From Phaeosaccion multiseriatum (Eukaryota > Protista > Ochrophyta, other classes): DNA of 64,000 bases. Made by a program: the position numbers and the translations under genes. The notes below the pieces were generated by a model. That model saw only the letters and a program-made list of their open reading frames with translations, searched no databases and was not told where the DNA came from. This document shows, one piece after another, positions 50,102-60,961 of this stretch. Within the stretch, counting starts at the first letter, position 1. Each line of letters starts with the position of its first letter. The stretch is taken from assembly GCA_965112735.1 (NCBI GenBank), contig OZ218962.1:496001-560000 (forward strand), read 5' to 3'.

Positions 50102-52004
50102 GGACGCACGCACACACACACACACACGTACACACGCACACACGCGCACGCACTCACACGCACAAGGATGCACACATACCCGAACCCACCCACGCGCACC
50201 CGCACGCACCTCACCCCCCTATTGGTCGGTCGGTCCGTCTCACTCACCCTCCCCTTCCCCCCATCCACTGCCACCCCATCCCATCCACTGCCATCCCAGA
50301 GTGGAGCGGGCTTGGCAGCAGCGTAAAAAGTACCAAGTCGGCTTGTATGGAGCCTACCTGGGGGCCAAAGCACTGCTACTCAGAGAGGAGCAGGAGCACC
50401 GTCTCGACGCGGAGACCGATGGCCAGGCGCTTCGTAGTAAGGGGTGGGATGGAGTAGGGGCTCTTGTGAAGAAGGGGATGCTGAGAAACACGCTGCAGAT
50501 GGCGACGGCAGTGGAGGACCAACCCCTTGCTATTGTCGAGGTGAGGGGAGGCGAGGAGGGAAGGAAGGAGGCGGGTAGGGTTATGTGTCATGCCTTACCG
50601 TTTGTGTTGGACTGACCCTGACCCTGACCCTGACCCTGACCCCGACCCTGACCCTGGCCCTGACCCTGACCCTGACCCTGACCCTGACCCTGGCCCTGAC
50701 CCTGACCCTGACCCTGACCCTGACCCTGACCGTGACCCTGACCCCTGACCCTGACCCTGACCCTGACCCTGACCCTGACCCTGACCCTGACCCTGACCCT
50801 GACCCTGACCCTGACCCTGACCCTGACCCTGACCCTGACCCTGACCCTGACCCTGACCCTGACCCTGACCCTGACCCTGACCCTGACCCTGACCCTGACC
50901 CTGACCCTGACCCTGACCCTGACCCTGACCCTGACCCTGACCGTGACCCTGACCCTGACCCTGACCGTGACCCTGACCCTGACCCTGGCCCTGGCCCTGA
51001 CCCTGACCCTGGCCCTCTTCCTCTTCCCCTTCCGCTTCACCTTCCCCCTACCCTGAGCACAGAGTGCGGGGGTGGAGGCTGATGAATGGGAGGAGCTGTA
51101 CACTGAAGATGGCACCCCTTACTACTACAATGCGGAAACCGAGGAGACCACGTGGGAGGTACCGCTACACACGGGGGAGAAGGTGCTTGCACTCACGGCC
51201 ACGGCCGAGGGCCAGGAGGAGGCTGAGGAGGAGGAGGCTGAGGAGGAGGAGGCGAGGGGGGGGGGGCAGCTGGCGGCGCTTCCTCCAGAGTGGGAGGAGG
51301 TGACCCAATCGCAGGAGGAGGGTGGATTGACGTTTTACTTTAATTCTTCGACGGGAGAAAGCGTTTGGGAGCGGCCGGAGGAGGAGCCTTTGCCAGAGCA
51401 TTGGGAGAGCGTGACGGAGGAGGGTGAGGATGGAGCGACGATCACGTACTACTACAACGCGCTGACGGAACAGTCCGTATGGGAGAGGCCGAGAGTTGGT
51501 GTACCCGATGGAGAAGGAGGAGGAGGAGGAGGAGGAGGGGACGGAGGAGAAGAAGGAGGAGGAGGAGGAGGAGGAGGAGGGGGAGGAGAAGGAGAGAGAG
51601 GAGAAGGGGGGGGAGAAGAAAGAGAGGGAGGAGAAGGAGAAGCAGAAGGAGGAGACGGAGGAGGAGGGCGGTGGGAGGGAGGAGGAAGAGAAGAGGAAGA
51701 TGTGGACGGCGACATGGGAGAGACGGATGCTGCTGAGGCGGGTGAGGAGACTGCTGCTGAAGCTTACGATGCTTCGAATCCCCATGATGGTGCGGCTCTC
51801 CCTCCCGAGTGGGAGGAGGTGCTTCAGGCGGGAGAGAGTGGGGAAGCTGACCTGGTCTACTTCTACAACAGTGTGACCGGAGAAAGCGTGTGGGATCGGC
51901 CTGCCTGGCCTTCTGCTCGTGTGCTGCCGTCGGATGGGGCGTTGGTGAGTGACGCCGTGGCTCAAGCACAAGCCCAGGCCCAGCAGCCGCAAGCACCGTC
52001 CTAG
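30145..52004 (+). CDS. Giant ~33-exon protein (roughly 3,000 aa): disordered N-terminus, coiled coil, Sfi1-like W repeats, IQ motifs, ankyrin repeats, WW, more IQ, TPR-like helices, four C-terminal WW domains
   Basis: Successive GT-AG exons join in phase from 30145 to 52004. IQ motifs (AATSIQK|VWRG, HIQAVYR|G, IIQ|AMVRG, VIQRAYR, TIQSRWR); ANK at 40771-43870; WW at ~44565 and 51085-51905; TPR-like SWHNYA...[15 protein letters not shown]. Confidence 0.72.
33240..33830 (+). repeat. (CAGT)n microsatellite, intronic
   Basis: Directly visible. Confidence 0.97.
36184..36590 (+). repeat. (GT)n/(GTGC)n degenerate microsatellite filling an intron
   Basis: Directly visible. Confidence 0.9.
38767..38995 (+). 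repeat. (CCCT)n microsatellite, intronic
   Basis: Directly visible. Confidence 0.97.
39480..39536 (+). repeat. 11-bp tandem repeat (CTTGACAAAGG) x5, intronic
   Basis: Directly visible. Confidence 0.9.
41858..42334 (+). repeat. (CTCTCC)n microsatellite, intronic
   Basis: Directly visible. Confidence 0.97.
44003..44510 (+). repeat. (CCCT)n microsatellite, intronic
   Basis: Directly visible. Confidence 0.97.
45134..45978 (+). repeat. 22-bp minisatellite (GGCAGTCAGATAGAGGCATACA)n, intronic
   Basis: Head-to-tail units with point variants and no spacers. Confidence 0.95.
48110..48300 (+). repeat. (GGGA)n microsatellite, intronic
   Basis: Directly visible. Confidence 0.95.
49147..49962 (+). repeat. 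(GAG)n trinucleotide tract of ~0.8 kb, almost uninterrupted, intronic
   Basis: Directly visible; lies between donor AG|GTGAGG (~48952) and acceptor CCCAG (~50299). Confidence 0.97.
50612..51012 (+). repeat. (CCCTGA)n = (TCAGGG)n telomere-variant-like tract, intronic
   Basis: Directly visible. Confidence 0.95.
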
Positions 52005-52413
52005 ACTAGCTAGTAGACTAGCTAGCTACGCCCTCTGAAGAAATGAAAGAACCGAAACGACTTTCTTGTCCCTGACGTGTGTGTGCGCAAGGGGAGTGGG
52101 GGGGGGGATTTGATTTGGGTTTCAGTTGTAGGACCCATAAATTTCAGTTTCACCTCACACTCACACTTTCAGTTTCTTAGGCGATTCTTTTTGGGCGAAA
52201 AGAGACAAAAGGAAAAAAAAGAAAAAGTGCGCCAGAGGAAGAGAAGCTCTTGAGGGAGCAGCAGGCTATACTTGTAATAGAGCTGGAAGGATGGGTGGAG
52301 TTACCGCAATGGGAGTCGCAGAGGGAGCTCTGGAAGCGTGCAATCGGCAGCCGCCCGTGTGAGAAGAAAATTTATCCGGTGCTTCCACAACGGTGAACAG
52401 ACCACAACTGCAC

Positions 52414-54090
52414 ATGGAGCCGTGCTGGAGCACCGGGTGCTCCAAGTACGCATTGTGTAGGAGCTGCATGTATCGCATGCAGCAGCTGGTCCAGCTGGGC
52501 CTCGCTGCGGGCTCAAATTATGATCACCGAGGCGAGCAGCAGTCCGAGGAGCACAACCTGGTTCACAGAACAAGGAGCCCGTGGACAAGAGGCGCTGGTG
52601 GTAGGGTTTGTCTTGTTCCTCCTCCTCCTCTACCTCCGCCTTCTGCTTCTACTTCGCTTAGCAGTATGCCTCACTATCCTGCGCAACAGCCGCACTCGCG
52701 GCAGTGGATGGCATGTGAGCCAGAGAGGAACCCATCCCCCCCATCTGAGGACGAGGACGACGAGATCATCGATGTGGTTGGCACGGGCTGCAACAGCCCA
52801 GGACTTGGGCGTGACCATGCTGTATCACCAGCTGCTCGTGCTGCGGTGCCTGTGCCGCTGCCAGCGCCCTTGGCGGTGCCAGTCCCAGTCACTGGCTACA
52901 GCCCTGGATATGCACAGTACAACAACAGCAGCCGTCGGACGGGCACCACCCAAAGCTTCCCGCCATCCATAGCTGCTGTTGCTTCTCGGGGTCATAGCCG
53001 CCGGACGGGTACCATCCAAGGCTTCCCGCAATCAACAGCTGCGGTTGCTGGTCCGGCCAATGATACCAACAACAGCAGCAGCACCAGCAGCACCAGCAGC
53101 AGCACCAGTAGCAGCACGAGCAGGAGACACACTTGTGGGCTCTTTCTTGCGGCTGATGAGGATGTGAAAAATGAGGCCAGCAGCGCTAGCAACGCCAGCA
53201 ATGCCAGCAAGCGCAAGAGGCCCATCAGTCCAGAGGGAATGGACCTCGAGCCTCCTACCCTTGGAGCCGCCCTCGGAGAAGGAGGAGGGGACGGGGGGGG
53301 GAAGGAAGAGAAGGAGACGACAGTGAACAAGACAGCGACGATGCGCAGGCTAAAAAGGCTCCCTCACGCACCCATGGCGCGACTGCTACTCGGCCAGGCA
53401 CTCTTCGTACGACAGCAGCAAGAGGGACAGGGGTGCCATACCCTGTCATCCCCGTAGCTGTTCCGGTTGGCGTTAGGGCTAGGGCTAGGGCTAGCCGTGG
53501 GCGTGCGTTCCATAGCACCAGCAGGAGCAGTAGCAGTAGCAGCAGCAGCAGCAGCAGCGAGGGAAGGGGGGTGCACCATGGTGTGAATCACCAACTCGTG
53601 GAGAGTTTTCAGGGAGGAGGCGGTATGCTGCCTGCCGACGGAAGAAGCGGCCACCCCAGCATGAGCAGCAACAGCACCAGCAGCGGCAGCAGCAGGAACA
53701 GTCGCGGCAAGGCTGCGGCAGCAGCCGCAGCAGGAGCGAAAGGAGGACGAGGAAGAGGAGGAGGAGGAGGAGGAGGAGGAGGAGTCAAGTTGACAGCAGG
53801 TAGTGCACCAAGAAAGGCGCCACAGCGGCTCGCCAAGCGCAAGGCCAATGGCCAACCGCGTAATCGTCATCTGTGCTCCCACAAGGGCTGCTCCAACGTG
53901 GTCATCTCCAAAGGGGTGTGCAATACACACGGGGCGCCGAGGTCGCTCAAGCGAAGGTTGGCGAGCGAACGTTACGCCGTTTCCAGGGGATATGCCTTGG
54001 GCAAGAACGCCTGGAACGGTCCAACCGCCGCCAATTCGATGCCCAAGTCGTTGGCACGGACGGCCAAGGGCAAGAGGGAGAGGGAGAAGG

Positions 54091-54132
<42 letters not shown>

Positions 54133-55409
54133 CATCAGCAGCAGCCGCGGCAGACGGCCATAGCCACCACTTGCTTTTGTTGAGGAGGCGCGGGTCTAAC
54201 CAGGTGCACCCCTTGTGCGTCGTTGAGGGCTGCAAGAGCCCTGCCACCGGGTAAGTCAGTGAGTGCGTGCGGTGAGAGTGGGGGGAGTCAGCGTGCGGCA
54301 ACACGTTCGGTTCTTTCTGCCTTGCTTGTCCTGACGGGGGTTGCATGCTACTCCCTTAACGCCCTTCGTCTTACTCTGCTCCTCTCATGAGGGCTTCGCC
54401 TCCTTTCTCGGCCTCAATATTAAGTCCCTCCCTCCCTCCCTCCCTCCCTCCCTCCCTCTCTCCCTCCCTCCCTCCCTCCCTCCCTCCCCCCCTCCCGTCC
54501 TCCCTCCCTTCCTCCCTCCCTCCCACCATCCCCTCCCTCCCTCCCTCCCTCCCTTCCTCCCTCCCTCCCTCCCTCCCTCCTTCCTTCCCTTCCTCCCTCC
54601 CTCCCTCCCTCCCTCCCTCCTTCCTTCCCTTCCTCCCTCCCTCCCTCCCTCCTTCCCTCCCTCCCTCCCTCCCTCCCTCTCTCCCTCCTTCCCTCCTTCC
54701 CTCCCTCCCTCCCTCCCTTGACAAATCCCAGCGGAGGGCTCTGCACTGAACACAGTGCGCCCAAACGGGCTCCGAGCCAACGGCCCCGGAGCCGCCCCAC
54801 AGCCCCGCAAAGACAGCCAGAACAGCGACAACTAAGGAAACGAAAGCAGCAACAACAGCGATTAGAAGGGGAGGAGGAGGAGGTGGTGGTGGTGGAGGAG
54901 GAGGAGGAGGGGGGGAGGAGGAGGAGGAGGAGGTAGTGGAGGAGGAGGAGGAGGTGGTGGAGGAGGAGGAGGAGGAGGAGGAGGAGGAGGAAGAGGGGGA
55001 GGAATCAAGGGAGGAGGAGGGCTTGCTGTCTTCTCTCCACTTGCAAGTAGGACACGAAATTCAGCTTCCCCTGGAGGCCTGGGCGGTGCTAGACCCTACC
55101 GCATGGAGGGACGGTAGGAGAGGCGGCGAGACGTGGAAGGGTGTGGTGGTGAACGAGTCTCTCAGTGAGGCGAGGCTCCTTCCCTACTACGCCGTGACGG
55201 TGCCTAAAGAGAACCCACAGCGGCGCAGTCAGGCACGCACCGACGTGTTGACCGCGTTTATGCATGCCTCTCGGGTGGCCTTTAACAACCAGCAGCCGCT
55301 GGAGGAGGAGGAGCTGTGGGCGGGTCTAGCGGATCGGGTGGTGGTGGTGAGGGAGGATTGGGAGGCGGGAAGGGAGGTGCTGCGGCAACTGGCCAAGTCG
55401 GGATGTTAG
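52414..55409 (+). CDS. Protein with WRKY19-like C-x4-C-x9-C-x2-H zinc fingers; two apparent single-base frameshifts (assembly error or pseudogene); start uncertain
   Basis: CSHKGCSNVVISKGVCNTHG and CVVEGCKSPATG|GGLCTEH (intron 54251-54731); frames break at G runs near 53431 and 54910. Confidence 0.55.
54426..54718 (+). repeat. (CCCT)n-rich microsatellite, intronic
   Basis: Directly visible. Confidence 0.9.
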
Positions 55410-56229
55410 TAAAGCATGAAGCACCAACTGGCCAAGCCACTCAGCAGGAGGTAGGAGGTCTGAGGATACTGGACGACCAACTCGCCAAGCCGCTCGGTAT
55501 GAGGGTACGTGCTGTACGACCAACTCGTGAAGCCACGTTGGGAAGGTACGATACTGAAGCGCCAAGCACCGAGTCGAGAGAGTATCAAACAACCAACTGG
55601 CCCAGGCTCATCGGGAGGGGAGGGGAGGGGAGGAGATGGTACCGACCGGCTGAGGCAAAAGCATCGGATAGGGTAAGGGTAGGTACTCAAAGGAGGCAGA
55701 GCTAGGTAAAAGCACCCTCTATATTGAGAGGAAGGGGGGGGGGGGTTCAGTCCCAAGTGTACTGACCGACTGGTGTAAATTAAGAGACTATTATCGGCAC
55801 CCCCCAGAGCCAGAGAGATAAAGAGAAAGTAAAAAAAGAGAAGAAGAAGAAAAAAAAGTAATAATAAAAAATAAAAAAGGAAAAAATAGAGAGAGGGAAG
55901 GGTAAGGTGTATGTACGATGTATTTTACCAATCAACCCACCGTACGGTGTTGACAATTGTGTTGCTCGCCCTGTCCCCCCCCCCCACTGCTCCCTGCCCT
56001 TCCCTCGGCGTAGTAAGGCAGTAAGCGGGCCTTGACAGAACTACTCGTCACCACCATGCGCTAGCAGAGAGAGGCCTCTCGGTCTCGGTCTCCACGTCTG
56101 CTGCTGCTGCCACTGTATGCTGTAACCGCTGGTGCTCTCCGCTCCTGCTCTGTTTGAGGCCTCAGAGGCCGTAGAGTCAAGTATCGCGCATTCACCTGAA
56201 GCGAAGCCAAGAGCCCATATTTGCCCTCC

Positions 56230-58964
56230 TTACCCTCCTTTACCACTAGCGCCCCCTATCCCGGCCTCTTCTCCCCCCTCTTCCTGCTCCTTCTCCTCTT
56301 CCTCCTCCTCCTCCTCCTCCTCCTCCCCCTCCTCCTCCTCCTCCTCCTCCTCGCCCTCCCCCTGCCCCTCCTTCCCCTCCTTCCCCCCCTGTGAAGACTG
56401 CCGCCGCTGCCGCTCGTGCCGGTGCTTCCGTGTACCACCAACTGCTGCAACTGGCGCTGCAGCTGCTGGCCCCTTACGTGGAGTCCCGTTGGCGTTGACA
56501 TACTCCCACCTTGGCTTCTTGGACTTCTTGCCTGAGGCTGAAGTCCGAGGGGCCCCGTGCTTGTTACAGACTCCGCCACTTCATGTGTTCGGGATAAGGG
56601 GAAGAGGAAGGGGGGGAGGGCGAAGGGAAGAAATGGGGAGGGATTGAAGAGGGAGATAGAGGGGGGGGGTGGGGGGGGGGGCAAACGCAAGCGCAATTGC
56701 AATTGCCAGTAGGAGTGAGAAAGGAGCAAGCGAAGAGAGAGCTCAAAGGAGTCGACCGATGCAGAGTACGCACGCAAGCACGCACACAGAGCTTGGGTCG
56801 ATGGAAGGAGAGTAGAGAGAGAGCATCAAGCAAGCACTGACACGTGCAAGAACGTAGCAAGCAGTAGCACGTACAAGCAGGGAGCGAAGCAAGTCCACGC
56901 AAACAACCCAACCCAGCCCAGCCCGTAACGATGCAGACAGACGGTAGAGGCAACACAAGACAGTGAGGGGGGGGGCTACTCATTGCCCTTGGCGGCTTGC
57001 ACGCAGGCCAAGGGAGGGACTCTCCCAACCTACTCAACCCACTCAATCACTCACGTGATGGCAACATTTTGGCAGCCCTCGGCGGAGCAGTAAAACCGCT
57101 GACGCGAACCCTTCTTGTTGTTGGCTGCTGCGGACACTGGGGTCGCCCCTCCGCCTGACTGCGCCACGACAGCAGCGGCCGCCGCCTTTGCTTTCGCCGC
57201 CCGAGGCTTACACTCCGTTGTGGCGGCACTACCGACTGCCTCCTCCTCCTCATCCTCTTCCTCCTCCTCCTCCTCCTCTTCCTCCTCCTCTTCTTCTTCC
57301 TCCTCCTCCTCCGTAGAACCACTCCCTGCACTAGAGGCGCCCCTCTTTCTCTTGCTGCTACGACTCTTTCCGCTACTTTTGCCGCCGCTGCCCCCTCTAC
57401 CGCTGCTGCTTCCACTGCGAGCTTTGCTGGCGATCAAACTGCTGCTGCTGGTGCTGCCTCTGCTGGCGTTGCCTCTGCTGGCGCTGCCTCTGCTGCCGCT
57501 GCTTTTCTCTCCACGCTGCTCTTTCGTCGTGCCCTTGGTCTTCCTCTTGCTGCTCCTCGCCGCAGCGACGCCTCCTCCTCGCGACTTCTTGCCTGCCCTT
57601 GACCTCGGAGCTCCGTGCTTATTGCACACCCCCTTGCTAATGGCGACGTTCGTGCAGCCCTCGCCAGAGCACATGACTCGCTTCTTGGTCGATCTGTGCA
57701 CCCCCCTACTCGCAGCCGCCGCCTCGCCCTCCGCGTCCCCCTCATCCTCACCTTCACCCTCCTCTTCCTCGTCCTCTTCACTCCCCTCTTCTTCTTCCTC
57801 CTCCTCCTCTTCACCGTCACTATCAGCCTCGCCTTCGCCCCCTGTGACTTCAGCAGCATCGCTCTCGTCTTCGCCCGCTCCTCCACTGCCATCCTCGCTC
57901 CCTTCCTGCACCGTCTCCACCCTTGCCTTCGGCTTCCCGGGAAGAGCCTCCAGGATCCGACCACTGCGTCTACTGTACCTGTTCCGCGCATCGTCCGCCT
58001 CTTCCTTTTGTTGCTTCTCCTTCTCCTCCTTCGCCTCCTCCCCCTCCTCCTCCTCCTCCTCCTCCTTCTCCTTCTCCCCCCCCTCCTCCTCCTCCTCATC
58101 CTCCTCCTCCTCCTCCTCCTCCTCCTCCTCCTCCTCCTCTTTCTCCTCCCCATCCTGCGGCTTCTTGTCCTCCTTCTCGTCCTGTTGCTCCTCCTGCTGC
58201 TGCTGCTGCTGCTGCTGCAAGGCCTTCTCTTCTTCCTCCTCCTGCTGCTTCTCGTCAGAGCGGTCCCGGCCAGAATGAATGCCTTCGGAATCCGACCCCG
58301 AGGGCAACGGCCCAATGACACAGAAACCGTTAGTGCTCGCCCTGGCACCGACCACTCCCGACGGCAAGGGTAAGGGCAAGGGCAAGCCATGCCTCATCTG
58401 CAGCCCTCCGGCGCTGTTGCTGTTGCCGTCATTGTCGCTGACGTGAGGAGAGGGCGACGCAGCGGCGGCCTGGTGTGCTGGCATAGGATGATGATCCTTC
58501 TCCTCCTCCTTCCCGTCCTCCACCTCCATCATGTCCCCCCTCCCCCCGGATCCCCCGGCTGCTGCGTCATTGACTGTCATGCTGGAGTCGCTGTCACTGG
58601 CCTCGGAGTCACTAAAGTCGATGCCAACGTCGACTCCGCCGGGGGCGGTAGCACTGACTTCAGCCCCGTGCTCCATTCGCAGCCCCGGTGCCGGGCGCGG
58701 CGACTCCCCCACCCTGCTGTTGAGCTCTACTGCTGCCGCTGCAGCTGCCGCCGCTATGCTCTCTCTCTCGCTCCCACGCCATGCAGGCTCCTTCACCAAG
58801 CCCACCTGCGCTCTCGCGTACTTCCCCACAGGCACGAACCGCGCAGTAGGTTGGGGATGGGCCTGCATTCGGGCTCCCCTGCCGTACGCCCCGCCCCCCG
58901 CATATCTGCCCCCACTGGTGCCCCCATAGCCGTAGCCGTAGTAGTCACTGCCCTCCCTAGACAT
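56230..58964 (-). CDS. Acidic low-complexity protein with two WRKY19-like C-x4-C-x9-C-x2-H zinc fingers; intron ~56580-57055; 3' end uncertain
   Basis: CSGEGCTNVAISKGVCNKHG and CSAEGCQNVAIT|GGVCNKHG; long open exon from MSREGSDYY. Confidence 0.7.
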
Positions 58965-59543
58965 ACTCGAGCCCTGCCCATCCAACGTGTTCTTTATTTC
59001 TGTGCTTCCCTAGCACACATCCGACTCGCGGGAGCGTGGAAGGGAGCGTACCTAGACAGTTGATGAGAGGGGGTTTGAAAAGGGGAGAAGAGAATAGGCC
59101 CGGGGAGATGGGGATGGGAAGATGCAGCCCGAACAGCGTCGGCAGAGCCCACCTAAGCCACACACCTCTGGGTCGCCCCTGTGGTCGGAATCTACGCGTA
59201 TTGCCCTCACACCAACTCACACCAACTCAGTCCGCAGAAGGGGATGGAAGGGAGGAAGAATGCTCCTTACGTAAGGAATGGATCCATCTTACGTAATGCC
59301 AAATTGTTCTCCTGGAACTTCGATCTTCTCTATTTTTTGACCCGTCATTCCCTGTACTCAACCCCTGATACACTATCCGCTATCCGCTATCGGCCGGCGG
59401 CCGATAGCGCGCAATCGAGAATGTGGGCGATAGTGTATCGAGTTTTGCAAGCCTGCACTATCCTTACTTGTAGCGTTTTCATTGTTGTGGCCGTAATTGC
59501 TTTGTATGTCTATCCATCGATCGCCCTCAGTGTTTGAGGGTCA

Positions 59544-59809
59544 TCAGTCCAAGCCCGCGAAGATGGTGGAGATGACGTGATTGGACACCAGAAAGCCCTC
59601 GGGGTCCGTCAATCTCAGCGTGTGTCCGTCGTCCTCCGCCAGGCCTCCATCCACGGCCTCCCTCGCCGCCTCCCGCACCCTCCTCACTGCCGCCTTGCCG
59701 TGGCGGGCTGTGAGGGCGGTGAGATTGACGCCGTCGGAGAGACGCAGGCCGAGCATGATACCGTCCAGCAGCTGCGACAGCGTGTGTGGGGCACAGCGGT
59801 AGGCGCACG

Positions 59810-59865
<56 letters not shown>

Positions 59866-59913
59866 ACGGGAACAGAGAAGGCACGCACACGTGGGCATAG
59901 TCACACACACACA

Positions 59914-59977
<64 letters not shown>

Positions 59978-60929
59978 ACACACACACACACACATACATA
60001 CACAGGGCACGCCGCACGGAGTGCATTCACGGGGGGGGGGGAGGGGAAATGGCGTAAGATGGGAGCCGTCCGTGCCCGTCAGTCAGTGAGAGCGGGAAGG
60101 TGATACACGCGGAGGGAAGGGGGTATTCCCTCTTCCTTCCTTCCTTCTCCCCTCCCCTCTCTCCCCCCTCACACTCTGCTGCAAGTTCCTCACTCGGTCT
60201 CTCTTCTCGCTCTGAGCTCGAACAAAACCATTTGATGACGAACGAAACCAAGAAAGACTGCCCCTCGGTCTCAGCACTCAAACCTGCCCACCTCCACCCC
60301 TGTTGGTCAACAGCCCACATCTACTGCGTCCCACACTCACCACCTCCACTCACCTCCTCCTGCATACTCTCCGTGGTGTCGCGCATCTCCCTCCTCTCCT
60401 CCTCCCTCTCTTCGTCCCGCTCCGCACCACCCTCCCCCCCCTCTCCCTCCCCCTCCCACTCCTCACACGCCGCCCTCCTCCACCCCACCTCCTCCAGCTC
60501 TCCCACCCACTTTGAGTAAGCATCGAGCTTGGTGGGTCTGGCAAAGCGCCGGCCCTCGATAAAGCTCGTCGCCCCGTTGCCAAAGGCGAAGAAGGGCTTC
60601 CCCTCCCAGTACACTCGGTTGTGCTGGCTGTGGAGGCCCGGCTTGCCGTAGTTGGAGATTTCGTAGTGATCGTACCCTGCGCGTCTCAAAACTCTGTTCG
60701 CCACACGTGAGGAGGAAGAAGAAGAAGAAGAGGAGAAGGAGGAGGGAGAGGGAGCCCCACCACCGGCACACGCACACCGCACGCACGCGTGAATACATGC
60801 ACAGCACGAGCAGCATTGGCAAAAGCGAGCAGCATGACGTCAATGTGAAGCAAGAAGGCAGGCATATGGGCAGGCAGGAGCATGGTCATCGGTGGTGAGC
60901 CCATCGCCAGAAGGGAGGCACTGGACTTT

Positions 60930-60961
<32 letters not shown>

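Noticed and set aside
48875-50457. Long poly-E/P/L/S/R ORFs, and similar SQSV, LPPS, GREG, EG and DP ORFs elsewhere
   Set aside because: Translations of intronic microsatellites; the flanking exons splice around them in phase.
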